DNA from: the human T2T-CHM13v2.0 reference genome, Homo sapiens
Direction: 5' to 3' (one strand)
NCBI RefSeq assembly: GCF_009914755.1
Contig: NC_060933.1
DNA length: 64,000 nucleotides
The notes under the pieces were generated by a model. It saw only the letters and a program-made list of their open reading frames with translations, ran no database searches and had not been told where the DNA came from. Numbering within the stretch: the stretch's first letter is position 1; each line of letters opens with the position of its first letter. Positions 28,801 to 44,830 of this stretch are shown in pieces. Both the position numbers and the translations under genes were made by a program.

Positions 28801-31800
28801 AAGGAATGGAATGGAACGGAATGGAATGGAATGGAATGGAATGGAATGCAATGGAATGGAATCAACCCGAGTACAATGGAATGGAATGGAATGGAATGGA
28901 ATGGAATGGAATGGAATGGAATGGAATGAAATGGAATCAATCCGAGTGCAATGGAATAGAGAGGAATGGAATGGAAAGGAATGGAAACTACCCGAATGGA
29001 ATGGAATGTAATGGAGTGTAAGGGAATTGAATAGAATCAATCCGAATGGAATGGAATGGAATGGAACGGAATGTAATGTAATGGAATGGAATGGAATCAA
29101 CCCGAGTGCAGGGGAAACGAATGGAATGGAATGCAATGGAATGGAATGGAATGGAATGGAATGGAATCAACTCGATTGCAATCGAATGGAAAGGAAGGGA
29201 ATTAACCCGAATAGAATGGAATGGAATGGAATGGAACGGAACGGAACGGAATGGAATGGAATGGAATGGAATGGAATGGAAAGTATTGGAATGGAATGCA
29301 ATGGAAAGGAATGGAATGGAATGTAATGGAATGGAATGGAATGGAATCAACGCGAGTGCAGGGGAATGGAATGGAATCGAATTTAATGGAATGGAATGGA
29401 ATGGAATCAACCCGACTGTAGGGGAATGTAATGGAACTGAATGCAATGGAATGGAATCATCCGGAATGGAATGGAATGGAATGGAATGGAATGGAATGGA
29501 ATCAACCCAAGTACAGGGGAATGGAATGGAATGCAATGCAATGGAATGGAATCATCCGTAATGGAATGGAAATGAATGGAATGGAAAGGAATGGAATGGA
29601 ATGGAATGGAATGGAATGGAATGGAATCAACTCGATTGCAATCGAATGGAATGGAATGGAATTAACCCGAATAGAATGGAATGGAATGGAATGGAACGGA
29701 ACGGAATGGAATGGAATGGAATGGAATGGAATGGAACCGAACGGAACGGAATGGAATGGAATGGAATCAACGCGAGTGCAGGGGAAAGGAATGGAATGGA
29801 ATGCAATGGAAAGGAATCTTCCGGAATGGAATGGAATGGAATGGAATGCAATGGATTCAACTCGATTGCAATGGTATGGAGTAGAATGGAATGGAATGAA
29901 ATGGAATGGAATGGAATGGAATTAACCCGAATAGAATGGAATGGAATGGAACGGAATGGAACGGAACGGAACGGAACGGAATGGAATGGAATGGAATGGA
30001 ATGGAATTGAATGGAATGGAATGGTATGGAATGGAATGGAATGGAATGGAGTCAACGCGAGTGCAGGGGAATGTAATGGAACGGAATGCAATGGAATGGA
30101 ATCATCCGGAATGGAATGGAATGGAATGGAATGGAATGGAATGGAATGGAATGGAATCAACCCGAGTGCAATGGAATGGAGTGGAATGGAATGGAATGGA
30201 ATGGAACAACCCGAATGGAATGGAATGTAATGGAGAGTAAGGGAGTTGAATAGAATCAATCCGAATGTAATGGAATGGAAGGGAATGGAATGGAATGGAA
30301 TGGAATGGAATGGAATGGAATGGAATGCAAAGGAATGGAATCAACCCGAGTACAATGGAATGGAATGGAATGGAATGGAATGGAATGGAATGGAATGGAA
30401 TGGAATGGAATCCACCCGAGGGCAATGGAATGGAGAGGAATGGAATGGAATGGAATGGAAACTACCCGAATGGAATGGAATGTAATGGAGTGTAAGGGAA
30501 TTGAATAGAATCAATCCGAATGGAACGGAATGGAATGGAACGGAATGTAATGTAATGGAATGGAATGGAATCAACCCGAGTGCAGGGGAATGGAATGGAA
30601 TGGAATGCAATGGAATGGAATCATCCGGAATGGAATGTAATGGAATGCAATGGAATGGAATGGAATGGAATCAACCCGAGTGCAATGGAATGGAGTGAAA
30701 TGGAATGGAATGGAATCGAATGGAAACAACCAGAATGGATTGGAATATAATGGAGTGTAAGGGAATTGAATAGAATCAATCTGAATGTAATGAAATGGAA
30801 TGGAACGGAATGGAATGCAATGGAATGGAATGGAATGGAATGGAATGCAATGGAATGGAATCAACCCGAGTACAGGGGAATGGAATGGAATGGAATGCAA
30901 TGGAATGGAATCATCCGTAATGGAATGGAAAGCAATGGAATGGAATGGAATGGAATGGAATGGAATGGAATGGAATGGAATGGAATCAACTCGATTGCAA
31001 TCGAATGGAATGGAATGGAATTAACCCGAATAGAATGGAATGGAATGGAATGGAATGGAACGGAAAGGAATGGAATGGAACGGAATGGAATGGAATGGAA
31101 TGGAACGGAACGGAATGGAATGGAATGGAATTGAATGGAATGGAATGGAATCAACCCAACTGCAGGGGAATGGAATGGAATGGAATGCAATGGAATGGAA
31201 TCATGCGGAACGGAATGCAATGGAATGGAATGGAATCAACACGAGTGCAATGGAATGGAGTGGAATGGAATGGAATGGAATGGAATGGAACTACCCGAAT
31301 GGAATGGAATGTAATGGAGAGTAAGGGAGTTGAATAGAATCAAACCGAATGTAATGGAAAGGAATGGAAAGGAATGGAATGGAATGGAATGGAATGCAAT
31401 GGAATGGAATCAAACCGAGTACAATGGATTTGAATGGAATGGAATGGAATGGAATGGAATGGAATCAACACGAGTGCAATGGAATGGAGTGGAATGGAAT
31501 GGAATGGAATGGAACAACGCGAATGGAATGGAATGTAATGGAGAGTAAGGGAGTTGAATAGAAACAATCCGAATGTAATGGAATGGAACGGAATGGAATG
31601 GAAAGGAATGGAATGGAATGGAATGGAATGGAATGCAATGGAAGGGAATCAACCCGAGTACAATGGAATGGAATGGAATGGAATGGAATGGAATGGAATG
31701 GAATGGAAAGAATGGAATGGAATCAACCCGAGTGCAATGGAATGGAGAGGAATGGAATGGAATGGAATGGAAACTACCCGAATGGAATGGAATGTAATGG

Positions 31801-34800
31801 AGTGTAAGGGAATTGAATAGAATCAATCCAAATGGAATGGAATGGAATGGAACGGAATGTAAAGAATGGAATGGAATGGAATCAACGCGAGTGCAGGGGA
31901 ATGGAATGGAATGGAATGCAACGGAATGGAATCATCCGGAATGGAACGGAATGGAATGCAATGGAATGGAATGGAATGGAATCAACCCGAGTGCAATGGA
32001 ATGGAGTGAAATGGAATGGAATGGAATGGAAACAACCAGAATGGATTGGAATATAATGGAGTGTAAGTGAATTGAATAGAATCAATCTGAATGTAATAAA
32101 ATGGAATGGAACGGAATGGAATGGAATGGAATGGAATAGAATGGAATGGAATGGAATGCAATGGAATGGAATCAACCCGAGTGCAATCGAATGGAATCGA
32201 ATGGAATGGAATGCAATGGAATGGATTCAACTTGAATGGAATGGAAAGAATGGAATCAACACGAGTGGAATGGCATGGATTGGAATGGAATGGAATGGAA
32301 TCAACCCGAGTACAGGGGAATGGAATGGAATGGAATGCAATGGAATGGAATCATCCGTAATGGAATGGAAAGGAATGCAGTGGAATGGAATGGAATGGAA
32401 TGGAATCAACTCGATTGCAATCGAATGGAATGGAATGGAATTAACCCGAATAGAATGGAATGGAATGGAATGGAACGGAACGGAATGGAATGGAATGGAA
32501 TGGAATGGAATGCAACGGAACGGAACGGAATGGAATGGAATGGAATGGAATGGAATGGAATGGAATGGAATCAACGCGAGTGCAGGGGAATGGAATGGAA
32601 TGGAATGCAATGGAATGGAATCTTCCGGAATGGAATGGAATGGAATGGAATGGAATGGAATGGAATGGAATCAACCCGAGTGCAATGGAATGGAGTGGAA
32701 TGGAATGTAATGGAATGGAACAACCCGAATGGAATGGAATGTAATGGAGAGTAAGGGAGTTGAATAGAATCAATCCGAATGGAATGGAATGGAATGGAAC
32801 GGAATGGAATTGAATGGAATGGAATGGAATGCAATGGAATGGAATCAACCCGAGTGCAATGGAATGGAGAGGAATGGAATGGAATGGAATGGAAACTACC
32901 CGAATGGAATGGAATGTAATGGAGTGTAAGGGAATTGAATAGAATCAATCCGAATGTAATGGAATCGAATGGAACGGAATGGAATGGAATGGAATGGAAT
33001 GGAATGGAATGGAATGGAATGCAATGGAATGGAATCAACCCGAGTGCAATCGAATGGAATCGAATGGAATGGAATACAATGGAATGGATTCAACTTGAAT
33101 GGAATGGAAAGAATGCAATCAACACGAGTGGAATGGCATGGATTGGAATGGAATGGAATGGATCAACCCGAGTACAGGGGAATGGAATGGAATGGAATGC
33201 AATGGAATGGAATCATCCGTAATGGAATGGAAAGGAATGGAATGGAATGGAATGGAATGGAATGGAATGGAATGGAATCAACTCGATTGCAATCGAATGG
33301 AATGGAATGGAATTAACCCGAATAGAATGGAATGGAATGGAATGGAACGGAACGGAATGGAATGGAATGGAATGGAATGGAATGGAATGGAATGAACGCG
33401 AGTGCAGGGCAATTGAATGGAATGGAATGCAATGGAATGGAATCTTCCGGAATGGAATGGAATGGAATGGAATGGAATAGAATCAACTCGATTGCAATCG
33501 AATGGAATGGAATGGAATTAACCCGAATAGAATGGAATGGAATGGAATGGAACGGAACGTAATGGAATGGAATGGAATGGAATGGAATGGAATGGAACGG
33601 AACGGAATGGAATGGAATGGAATGGAATCAACGCGAGTGCAGGGGAATGGAATGGAATGGAATGCAATGGAATGGAATCTTCCGGAATGGAATGGAATGG
33701 AATGGAATGGAATGAAATGCAATGGGTTCAACTCGATTGCAATGGAATGGAACAGAATGGAATGGAATGGAATGGAATGGAATTAATTCGAATAGAATGG
33801 AATGGAATGGAATGGAACGGAATGGAACGGAATGGAATGTTATGGAATGGAATGGTATGGAATGGAATGGAATGGTACGGAATAGAATGGAATGGAAAGA
33901 ATTGTAAGGGAATGGAATTGAATGGAATGGAATGGAATGGAATGGAATCAACGCGAGTGCAGCGGAATCTAATGGAACGGAATGCAATGGAATGGAATCA
34001 TCCGCAATGGAATGGAATGGAATGGAATGGAATGGAATGGAATGGAATCAACCCGAGTGCAATGGAATGGAGTGGAATGGAATGGAATGGAACAACCCGA
34101 ATGGAATGGAATGTAGTGGAGAGTAAGGGAGTAGAATAGAATCAATCCGAATGTAATGGAATGGAATGCAACGGAATGGAATGGAATGGAATGGAATGGA
34201 ATGCAATGGAATTGAATCAACCCGAGTACAATGGAATGGAATGGAATGGAATGGAATGGAAGGGAATGGAATGGAATGGAATGATACGGAACAGAATGGA
34301 ATGGAACGAAATGGAATGGAATGGAATGGAATGGAATCGTTCCGAGTGGAATAGGATGGAATGTATTCGAGTGGAATGGAAACGAATGGTATCAACCAGA
34401 GTGGAATGGAAGGGAATGGAATGGAATGGAAACTAATAGAATGGAATCAACCCGAGTGGAATGGAATGGAAAGGACTGGAATGGAATGGAATGGAATGGA
34501 ATCAACTCGATTGTAATGGAATGGAATGGAATGGAATGGAATGGAATGGAATGGAATGGAATTAACCCGAATAAAATGGAATGGAATGGAATGGAACGGA
34601 ATGGAGTGGAATGGAATGGAATCAACCCGAGTGCAGGGGAATGGATTGGAATGGAATGCAATGGAATGGAATCTTCCGGAATGGAATGGAATGGAATGGA
34701 ATGCAAAGCAATGGAATCAACTCGATTGCAATGGAATGGAATGGAATGGAAAGGAGTACATTGGAATCAACCCGAGTGGAATGGAATGGAAAGGACTGGA

Positions 34801-37800
34801 ATGGAGTGGAATGGAAAGGAATGGAATGGAATGGAATCAACTCGACTGGAATGGAATGGAATGGAATGGAATGGAATTAACCCGAAGAAAATGGAATGGA
34901 ATGGAATGGAACGGAACGGAATGGAATGGAATGGAATGGAATGGAATGGAATGGAATCAACCCGACTGCAGGGGAATGGAATGGAATGGAAGGCAATGGA
35001 ATGGATTCAACTTGCATGGAATGGAAATAATGGAATCAACACGAGTGGAATGGCATGGATTGGAATGGAATGGAATGGAATCAACCCGAGTACAGGGGAA
35101 TGGAATGGAATGGAATGCAATGGAATGGAATCATCCGTAATGGAATGGAAAGGAATGGAATGGAATGGAATGGAATGGAATGGAATGGAATGGAATCAAC
35201 TCGTTTGCAATCGAATGGAATGGAATGGAATTAACCCGAATAGAATGGAATGGAATGGAATGGAATGGAACGGAACGGAATGGAACGGAACAGAGTGGAA
35301 TGGAATGGAATGGAATTGTATGGAATGGAATGGCATGGTACGGAATAGAATGGAATGGAAAGAATTGGAATGGAATGGAATCGAATGGAATGGAATGGAA
35401 TGGAATGGAATCAACCCGAGTGCAGGGGAATGTAATGGAAAGGAATGCAATGGAATGGAATCATCCGGAATGGAATGGAATGGAATGGAATGGAATGGAA
35501 TGGAATGGAATCAACCCGAGTGCAATGGAATGGAGTGGAATGGAATGGAATGGAATGGAACAACCCGAATGGAATGGAATGTAATGGAGAGTAAGGGAGT
35601 TGAATAGAATCAATCAGAATGTAATGGAATGGAACGGAATGGAATGGAATGGAATGGAATGGAATGGAATGGAATGGAATGCAATGGAATGGAATCAACC
35701 CGAGTACAATGGAACGGAATGGAATGGAATGTAGTGGAATGGAATGGAATGGAATGGAATGGAATGGAATCAACCCGAGTGCAGGGGAATGGAGAGGAAT
35801 GGAATGGAATGGAATGGAAACTACCCGAATGGAATGGAATGTAATGGAGCGTAAGGGAATTGAATAGAATCAATCCGAATGGAATGGAATGGAATGGAAC
35901 GGAATGTAATGGAATGGAATGGAATGGAATCAACCCGAGTGCAGACGAATGGAATGGAATGGAATGCAATGGAATGGAATCATCCGGAATGGAATGGAAT
36001 GGAATGCAATGGAGTAGAATGGAATGGAATCAACCCGAGTGCAATGGAATGGAGTGAAATGGAATGGAATGGAATGGAAACAACAAGAATGGATTGGAAT
36101 ATAATGGAGTGTAAGGGAATTGAATAGAATCAAGCTGAATGTAATGGAATGGAATGGAACGGAATGGAATGGAATGGAATGGAATGCAATGGAATGGAAT
36201 GCAATGGAATGGAATCAACCCGAGTGCAATCGAATGGAATCGAATGGAATGGAATGCAATGGAATGGATTCAAGTTGAATGGAATGGAAAGAATGGAATC
36301 AACACGAGTGGAAGGGCATGGATTGGAATGCAATGGAATGGAATCAACTCGAGTACAGGGGAATGGAACGGAATGGAATGCAATGGAATGGAATCATCCG
36401 TAATGGAATGGCAAGGAATGAAATGGAATGGAATGGAATGGAATGGATTGGAATGGAATGGAATCAACACGATTGCAATCGAATGGAATGGAATGGAATT
36501 AACCCGAATAGAATGGAATGGAATGGAATGGAACGGAACGGAATGGAATGGAATGGAATGGAATGGAATGGAATGGAACGGAACAGAAAGGAATGGAATG
36601 GAATGGAATGGAATGGAATGGAATGGAATGGAATGGAATGGAATCAACGCGAGTGCAGGGGAATGGCATGGAATGGAATACAATGGAATGGAATCTTCCG
36701 GAATGGAATGGAATGGAATGGAATGGAATGGAATGAAATGCAATGGATTCAACACGCTTGCAATGGAATGGAATAGAATGGAATGGAATGGAATGGAATG
36801 GGATTAACCCGAATAGAATGGAATGGAATGGAATGGAATGGAACGGACTGCAACGGAATGGAATGGAATGGAATGGAATGGAATGGAATGGAATGGAATG
36901 GTATGGAATGGAATGGAATGGTACGGAATAGAATGGAAAGGAACGAATTGTAATGGAATGGAATTGAATGGAATGGAATGGAATCAACGCGAGTGCAGGG
37001 GAATGTAATGGAATGGAATTGAATGGAATGGAATGGAATGGCATGGAATCAACGCGAGTGCAGGGGAATGTAATGGAACGGAATGCAATGGAATGGAATC
37101 ATCCGGAATGGAATGGAATGGAATGGAATGGAATGGAATCAACCCGAGTGCAATGGAATGGAGTGGAATGGAATGGAATGGAATGGAACAACCCGAATGG
37201 AATGGAATGTAATGGAGAGTAAGGGAGTTGAATAGAATCAATCCGAATGTAATGGAATGCAATGCAACGGAATGGAATGGAATGGAATGGAATGGAATGG
37301 AATGGAATGGAATGGAATGCAAAGGAATGGAATCAACCCGAGTGGAATGGCGTGGAATGGAATGCAATGGATTGGAATGGAATGGAATCAACTCGAGTGG
37401 AAAGGAATGGAATGGAATGGAAAGGAATGGAATGAAGTCAACTCGAGTGGAATGGAATGGAATGGAATGGATTGGAATGGATTGCAATGGAATGAAATGG
37501 AATGGAATGGAATGGAATGGAATGGAATGGAATGGAATGGAATCAACCCGAGTGCAATGGAATGCAGTGGAATGGAATGGAATGGAATGGAACAACCCGA
37601 ATGGAATGGAATGTAATGGAGAGTAAGGGAGTTGAATAGAATCAATCCGAATGTAATGGAATGGAATGGGAAGGAATCGAGTTGAATGGAATGGAATGGA
37701 ATGCAATGGAATGGAATCAACCCGAGTGCAATGGAATGGAGAGGAATGGAATGGAATGGAATGGAAACTACCCGAATGGAATGAAATGTAATGGAGTGTA

Positions 37801-38289
37801 AGGGAATTGAATAGAATCAATCCGAATGTAATGGAATGGAATGGAACGGAACGGAATGGAATGGAATGGAATGGAATTGAATGGAATGGAATGGAATGGA
37901 ATGCAAAGGAATGGAATCAACCCGAGTGCAATCGAATGGAATCGAATGGAATGGAATGCAATGGAATGGATTCAACTTGAATGGAATGGAAAGAATGGAA
38001 TCAACACGAGTGGAAGGGCATGGATTGGAATGCAATGGAATGGAATCAACCTGAGTACAGGGGAATGGAATGGAATGGAATGCAATGGAATGGAATCATC
38101 CGTAATGGAATGGAAAGGAATGGAATGGAATGGAATGGAATGGAATGGAATGGAATGGAATCAACTCGATTGCAATCGAATGGAATGGAATGGAATTAAC
38201 CCAAATAGAATGGAATGGAATGGAATGGAACGGAACGGAATGGAATGGAATGGAATCAACCCGAGTGCAGGGGAATGGAATGGAATGGA

Positions 38290-41200
38290 ATGCAATGGAA
38301 TGGAATCAACACGATTGCAATCGAATGGAATGGAATGGAATTAACCCGAATAGAATGGAATGGAATGGAATGGTACGGAACGGAATGGAATGGAATGGAA
38401 TCAACCCGAGTGCAGGGGAATGGAATGGAATGGAATGCAATGGAATGGAATCATCCGGAATGGAATGGAATGCAAAGCAATGGAATCAACTCGATTGCAA
38501 TGGAATGGAATGGAATGGAAAGGAATACATTGGAATCAACCCGAGTGGAATGGAATGGAAAGGACTGGAACGGAGTGGAATGTAATGGAATGGAATGGAA
38601 TGGAATCAACTCGATTGGAATGGAATGGAATGGAATGGAATGGAATGGAATGGAATGGAATTAACCCGAATAGAATGGAATGGAATGGAATGGAACGGAA
38701 CGGAACGGAATGGAATGGAATGGAATGGAATGGAATGGAATCGAATCAACCCGACTGCAGGGGAATGGAATGGAATGGAATGCAATGGAATGGATTCAAC
38801 TTGAATGGAATGGAAAGAATGGAATCAACACGAGTGGAATGGCATGGATTGGAATGGAATGGAATGGAATCAACCCGAGTACAGGGGAATGGAATGGAAT
38901 GGAATGCAATGGAATGGAATCATCCGTAATGCAATGGAATGGAATGGAATGGAATGGAATGGAATGGAATGGAATCAACTCGATTGCAGTCGAATGGAAT
39001 GGAATGGAATTAACACGAATAGAATGGAATGGAATGGAATGGAACGGAAAGGAATGGAATGGAATGGAATGGAATGGAATGGAATGGAATGGAATGGAAT
39101 GGAATCAACGCGAGTGCAGGGGAATGGAATGGAATGGAATGCAATGGAATGGAATCTTCCGGAATGGAATGGAATGGAATGGAATGGAATGGAATGGAAT
39201 GGAATCAACCCGAGTGCAATGGAATGGAGTGGAATGGAATGGAATGGAATGGAACAACCCGAATGGAATGGAATGTAATGGAGAGTAAGGGAGTTGAATA
39301 GAATCAATCCGAATGTAATGGAATGGAATGGAAAGGAATCGAGTTGAATGGAATGGAATGGAATGCAATGGAATGGAATCAACCCGAGTGCAATGGAATG
39401 GAGAGGAATGGAATGGAATGGAATGGAAACTACCCGAATGGAATGGAATGTAATGGAGTGTAAGGGAATTGAATAGAATCAATCCGAATGTAATGGAATG
39501 GAATGGAACGGAACGGAATGGAATGGAATGGAATGGAATGGAATGGAATGGAATGGAATGCAATGGAATGGAATCAACCCGAGTGCAATCGAATGGAATC
39601 GAATAGAATGGAATGCAATGGAATGGATTCAACTTGAATGGAATGGAAAGAATGGAATCAACACGAGTGGAAGGGCATGGATTGGAATGCAATGGAATGG
39701 AATCAACCTGAGTACAGGGGAATGGAATGGAATGGAATGCAATGGAATGGAATCATCCGTAATGGAATGGAAAGGAATGGAATGGAATGGAATGGAATGG
39801 AATGGAATGGAATGGAATGGAATCAACTCGATTGCAATCGAATGGAATGGAATGGAATTAACCCAAATAGAATGGAATGGAATGGAATGGAACGGAACGG
39901 AATGGAATGGAATGGAATGGAATGGAATGGAATGGAATGGAATGGAACGGAATGGAATGGAATGGAATGGAATGGAATGGAATGGAATCAACGCGAGTGC
40001 AGGGGAATGGAATGGAATGGAATGCAATGGAATGGAATCTTCCGGAATGGAATGGAATGGAATGGAATGGAATGGAATGGAATGGAATCAACTCGAGTGC
40101 AATGGAATGGAGTGGAATGGAATGGAATGGAATGGAACAACCCGAATGGAATGGAATGTAATGGAGAGTAAGGGAGTTGAATAGAATCAATCCCAATGTA
40201 ATGGAATGGAATGCAACGGAATGGAATGGAATGGAATGGAATGGAATGGAATGGAATGCAATGGAATTGAATCACCCCGAGTGCAATCGAATGGAATCGA
40301 ATGCAATGGAATGCAATGGAATGGATTCAACTTGAATGGAATGGAAAGAATGGAATCAACACGAGTGGAATGGCATGGATTGGAATGGAATGGAATGGAA
40401 TCAACCCGAGTAAAGGGGAATGGAATGGAATGGAATGCAATGGAATGGAATCATCCGTAATGGAATGGAAAGGAATGGAATGGAATGGAATGGAATGGAA
40501 TGGAATGGAATCAACCCGAGTGCAGGGGAATGGAATGGAATGGAATGCAATGGAATGGAATCATCCGGAATGGAATGGAATGGAATGGAATGCAAAGCAA
40601 TGGAATCAACTCGATTGCAATGGAATGGAATGGAATGGAAAGGAATACATTGGAATCAATCCGAGTGGAATGGAATGGAAAGGACTGGAATGGAGTGGAA
40701 TGGAATGGAATGCAATGGAATGGAATGGAATGGAGTCAACTTGATTGGAATGGAATGGAATGGAATGGAATGGAATGGAATGGAATCAACCCGACTGCAG
40801 GGGAATGGAATGGAATGGAATGCAATGGAATGGATTCAACTTGAATGCAATGGAAAGAATGGAATCAACACGAGTGGAATGGCATGGATTGGAATGGAAT
40901 GGAATGGAATCAACCCGAGTACAGGGGAATGGAATGGAATGGAATGCAATGGAATGGAATCATCCGTAATGGAATGGAAAGGAATGGAATGGAATGGAAT
41001 GGAATGGAATGGAATGGAATGGAATCAACTCGATTGCAATCGAATGGAATGGAATGGAATTAACCCGAATAGAATGGAATGGAATGGAATGGAACGGAAC
41101 GGAATGGAATGGAATGGAATGTAATGGAACGGAACGGAATGGAATGGAATGGAATGGAATGCAATGGAATGGAATCAACGCGAGTGCAGGGGAATGGAAT

Positions 41201-44200
41201 GGAATGGAATGAAATGGAATGGAATCTTCCGGAATCGAATGGAATTGAATGGAATGGAATGGAATGGTATGGAATAAACCCGAGTGCAATGGAATGGAGT
41301 GGAATGGAATGGAATGGAATGGAACAACCCGAATGGAATGGAATGTAATGGAGACTAAGGGAGTTGAATAGAATCAATACAAATGTAATGGAATGGAAAG
41401 GAACGGAATGGAATTGAATGGAATGGAATGGAATGCAATGGAATGGAATCAACACGATTGCAATCGAATGGAATGGAATTGAATTAACCCGAATAGAATG
41501 GAATGGAATGGAACGGAACGGAACGGAATGGAATGGAATGGAATCAACCCGAGTGCAGGGGAATGGAATGGAATGGAATGCAATGGAATGGAATCATCCG
41601 GAATGGAATGGAATGGAATGGAATGCAAAGCAATGGAATCAACTCGATTGCAATGGAATGGAATGGAATGGAAAGGAATACATTGGAATCAACCCGAGTG
41701 GATTGGAATGGAAAGGACTGGAATGGAGTGGAATGTAATGTAATGTAATGGAATGGAATCAACTCGATTGGAATGGAATGGAATGGAATGTAATTAACCC
41801 GAATAGAATGGAATGGAATGGAATGGAACGGAACGGAACGGAATGGAATGGAATGGAATGGAATGGAATGGAATGGAATGGAATCATCCCGACTGCAGGG
41901 GAATGGAATGGAATGGAATGCAATGGAATGGATTCAACTTGAATGGAATGGAAAGAATGGAATCAACACGAGTGGAATGGCATGGATTGGAATGGAATGG
42001 AATGGAATCAACCCGAGTACAGGGGAATGGAATGGAATGGAATGCAATGGAATGGAATCATCCGTAATGGAATGGAAAGGAATGGAATGGAATGGAATGG
42101 AATGGAATGGAATGGAATCAACTCGATTGCAGTCGAATGGAATGGAATGGAATTAACCCGAATAGAATGGAATGGAATGGAATGGAACGGAACGGAACGG
42201 AACGGAACGGAATGGAATGGAATGGAATGGAATGGAATGGAACGGAAAGGAATGGAATGGAATGGAATGGAATGGAATGGAATGGAATGGAATGGAATCA
42301 ACGCGAGTGCAGGGGAATGGAATGGAATGGAATGCAATGGAATGGAATCTTCCGGAATGGAATGGAATGGAATGGAATGGAATGGAATGGAATGGAATGG
42401 AATGGAATAAACCCGAGTGCAATGGAATGGAGTGGAATGGAATGGAATGGAATGGAACAACCCGAATGGAATGGAATGTAATGGAGAGTAAGGGAGTTGA
42501 ATAGAATCAATCCGAATGTAATGGAATGGAATGGAAAGGAATCGAGTTGAATGGAATGGAATGGAATGCAATGGAATGGAATCAACCCGAGTGCAATGGA
42601 ATGGAGAGGAATGGAATGGAATGGAATGGAAACTACCCGAATGGAATGGAATGTAATGGAGTGTAAGGGAATTGAATAGAATCAATCCGAATGTAATGGA
42701 TTGGAATGGAACGGAAGGGAATGGAATGGAATGGAATGGAATGGAATGCAATGGAATGGAATCAACCCGAGTGCAATCGAATGGAATCGAATGGAATGGA
42801 ATGCAATGGAATGGATTCAACTTGAATGGAATGGAAAGAATGGTATCAACACGAGTGGAAGGGCATGGATTGGAATGCAATGGAATGGAATCAACCTGAG
42901 TACAGGGGAATGGAATGGAATGGAATGCAATGGAATGGAATCATCCGTAATGGAATGGAAAGGAATGGAATGGAATGGAATGGAATGGAATGGAATGGAA
43001 TGGAATGGAATCAACTCGATTGCAATCGAATGGAATGGAATGGAATTAACCCAAATAGAATGGAATGGAATGGAATGGAACGGAACGGAATGGAATGGAA
43101 TGGAATGGAATGGAATGGAATGGAATGGAACGGAACTGAACGGAATGGAATGGAATGGAATGGAATGGAATAGAATGGAATCAACGCGAGTGCAGGGGAA
43201 TGGAATGGAATGGAATGCAATGGAATGGAATCTTCCGGAATGGAATGGAATGGAATGGAATGGAATGGAATGGAATGGAATCAACCCGAGTGCAATGGAA
43301 TGGAGTGGAATGGAATGGAATGGAATGGAACAACCCGAATGGAATGGAATGTAATGGAGAGTAATGGAGTTGAATAGAATCAATCCGAATGTAATGGAAT
43401 GGAATGGAACGGAATGGAATTGAATGGAATGGAATGGAATGCAATGGAATGGAATCAACCCGAGTTCAATGGAATGGAGAGGAATGGAATGGAATGGAAT
43501 GGAAATTACCCGAATGGAATGTAATGTAATGGAGTGTAAGGGAATTGAATAGAATCAATCCGAATGTAACGGAATGGAATGGAACGGAATGGAATGGAAT
43601 GGAATGGAATGGAATGCAATGGAATGGAATCACCCCGAGTGCAATCGAATGGAATCGAATGGAATGGAATGCAATGGAATGGATTCAACTTGAATGGAAT
43701 GGAAAGAATGGAATCAACACGAGTGGAATGGCATGGATTGGAATGGAATGGAATGGAATCAACCTGAGTACAGGGGAATGGAATGGAATGGAATGCAATG
43801 GAATGGAATCATCCGTAATGGAATGGAAAGGAATGGAATGGAATGGAATGGAATGGAATGGAATGGAATGGAATGGAATCAACCCGAGTGCAGGGGAATG
43901 GAATGGAATGCAATGGAATGGAATGGAATGGAATGGAGTGGAATGGAATGGAATCAACCCGAGTGCAGGGGAATGGAATGGAATGGAATGCAATGGAATG
44001 GAATCATCCGGAATGGAATGGAATGGAATGGAATGCAAAGCAATGGAATCAACTCGATTGCAATGGAATGGAATGGAATGGAAAGGAATACATTGGAATC
44101 AACCCGAGTGGAATGGAATGGAAAGGACTGGAATGGAGTGGAATGGAATGGAATGCAATGGAATGGAATGGAATGGAATCAACTTGATTGGAATGGAATG

Positions 44201-44830
44201 GAATGGAATGGAATGGAATGGAATGGAATGGAATGGAATCAACCCGACTGCAGGGGAATGGAATGGAATGGAATGCAAAGGAATGGATTCAACTTGAATG
44301 GAATGGAAAGAATGGAATCAACACGAGTGGAATGGCATGGATTGGAATGGAATGGAATGGAATCAACCCAAGTACAGGGGAATGGAATGGAATGGAATGC
44401 AATGGAATGGAATCATCCGTAATGGAATGGAAAGGAATGGAATGGAATGGAATGGAATGGAATGGAATGGAATGGAATCAACTCGATTGCAATCGAATGG
44501 AATGGAATGGAAATAACCCGAATAGAATGGAATGGAATGGAATGGAACGGAACGGAATGGAATGGAATGGAATGGAATGGAACGGAACGGAATGGAATGG
44601 AATGGAATGGAATGGAATGGAATGGAATCAACGCGAGTGCAGGGGAATGGAATGGAATGGAATGAAATGGAATGGAATCTTCCGGAATGGAATGGAATTG
44701 AATGGAATGGAATGGAATAGTATGGAATAAACCCGAGTGCAATGGAATGGAGTGGAATGGAATGGAATGGAATGGAACAACCCGAATGGAATGGAATGGA
44801 ATGGAGAGTAAGGGAGTTGAATAGAATCAA
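38290..44830 (-). repeat. Tandem duplication, unit ~3.15-3.45 kb (about 38290-41400 and 41435-44830)
   Basis: Collinear private markers: GATTGCAGTCGA (~38981/42125), AAGGAATCGAGTTG (~39333/42537), GAAGGGCATGG (~39670/42858), TCACCCCGAG (~40272/43630), CAACTTGATTGG (~40737/44180), TATGGAATAAACCC (~41268/44721). Confidence 0.8.
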
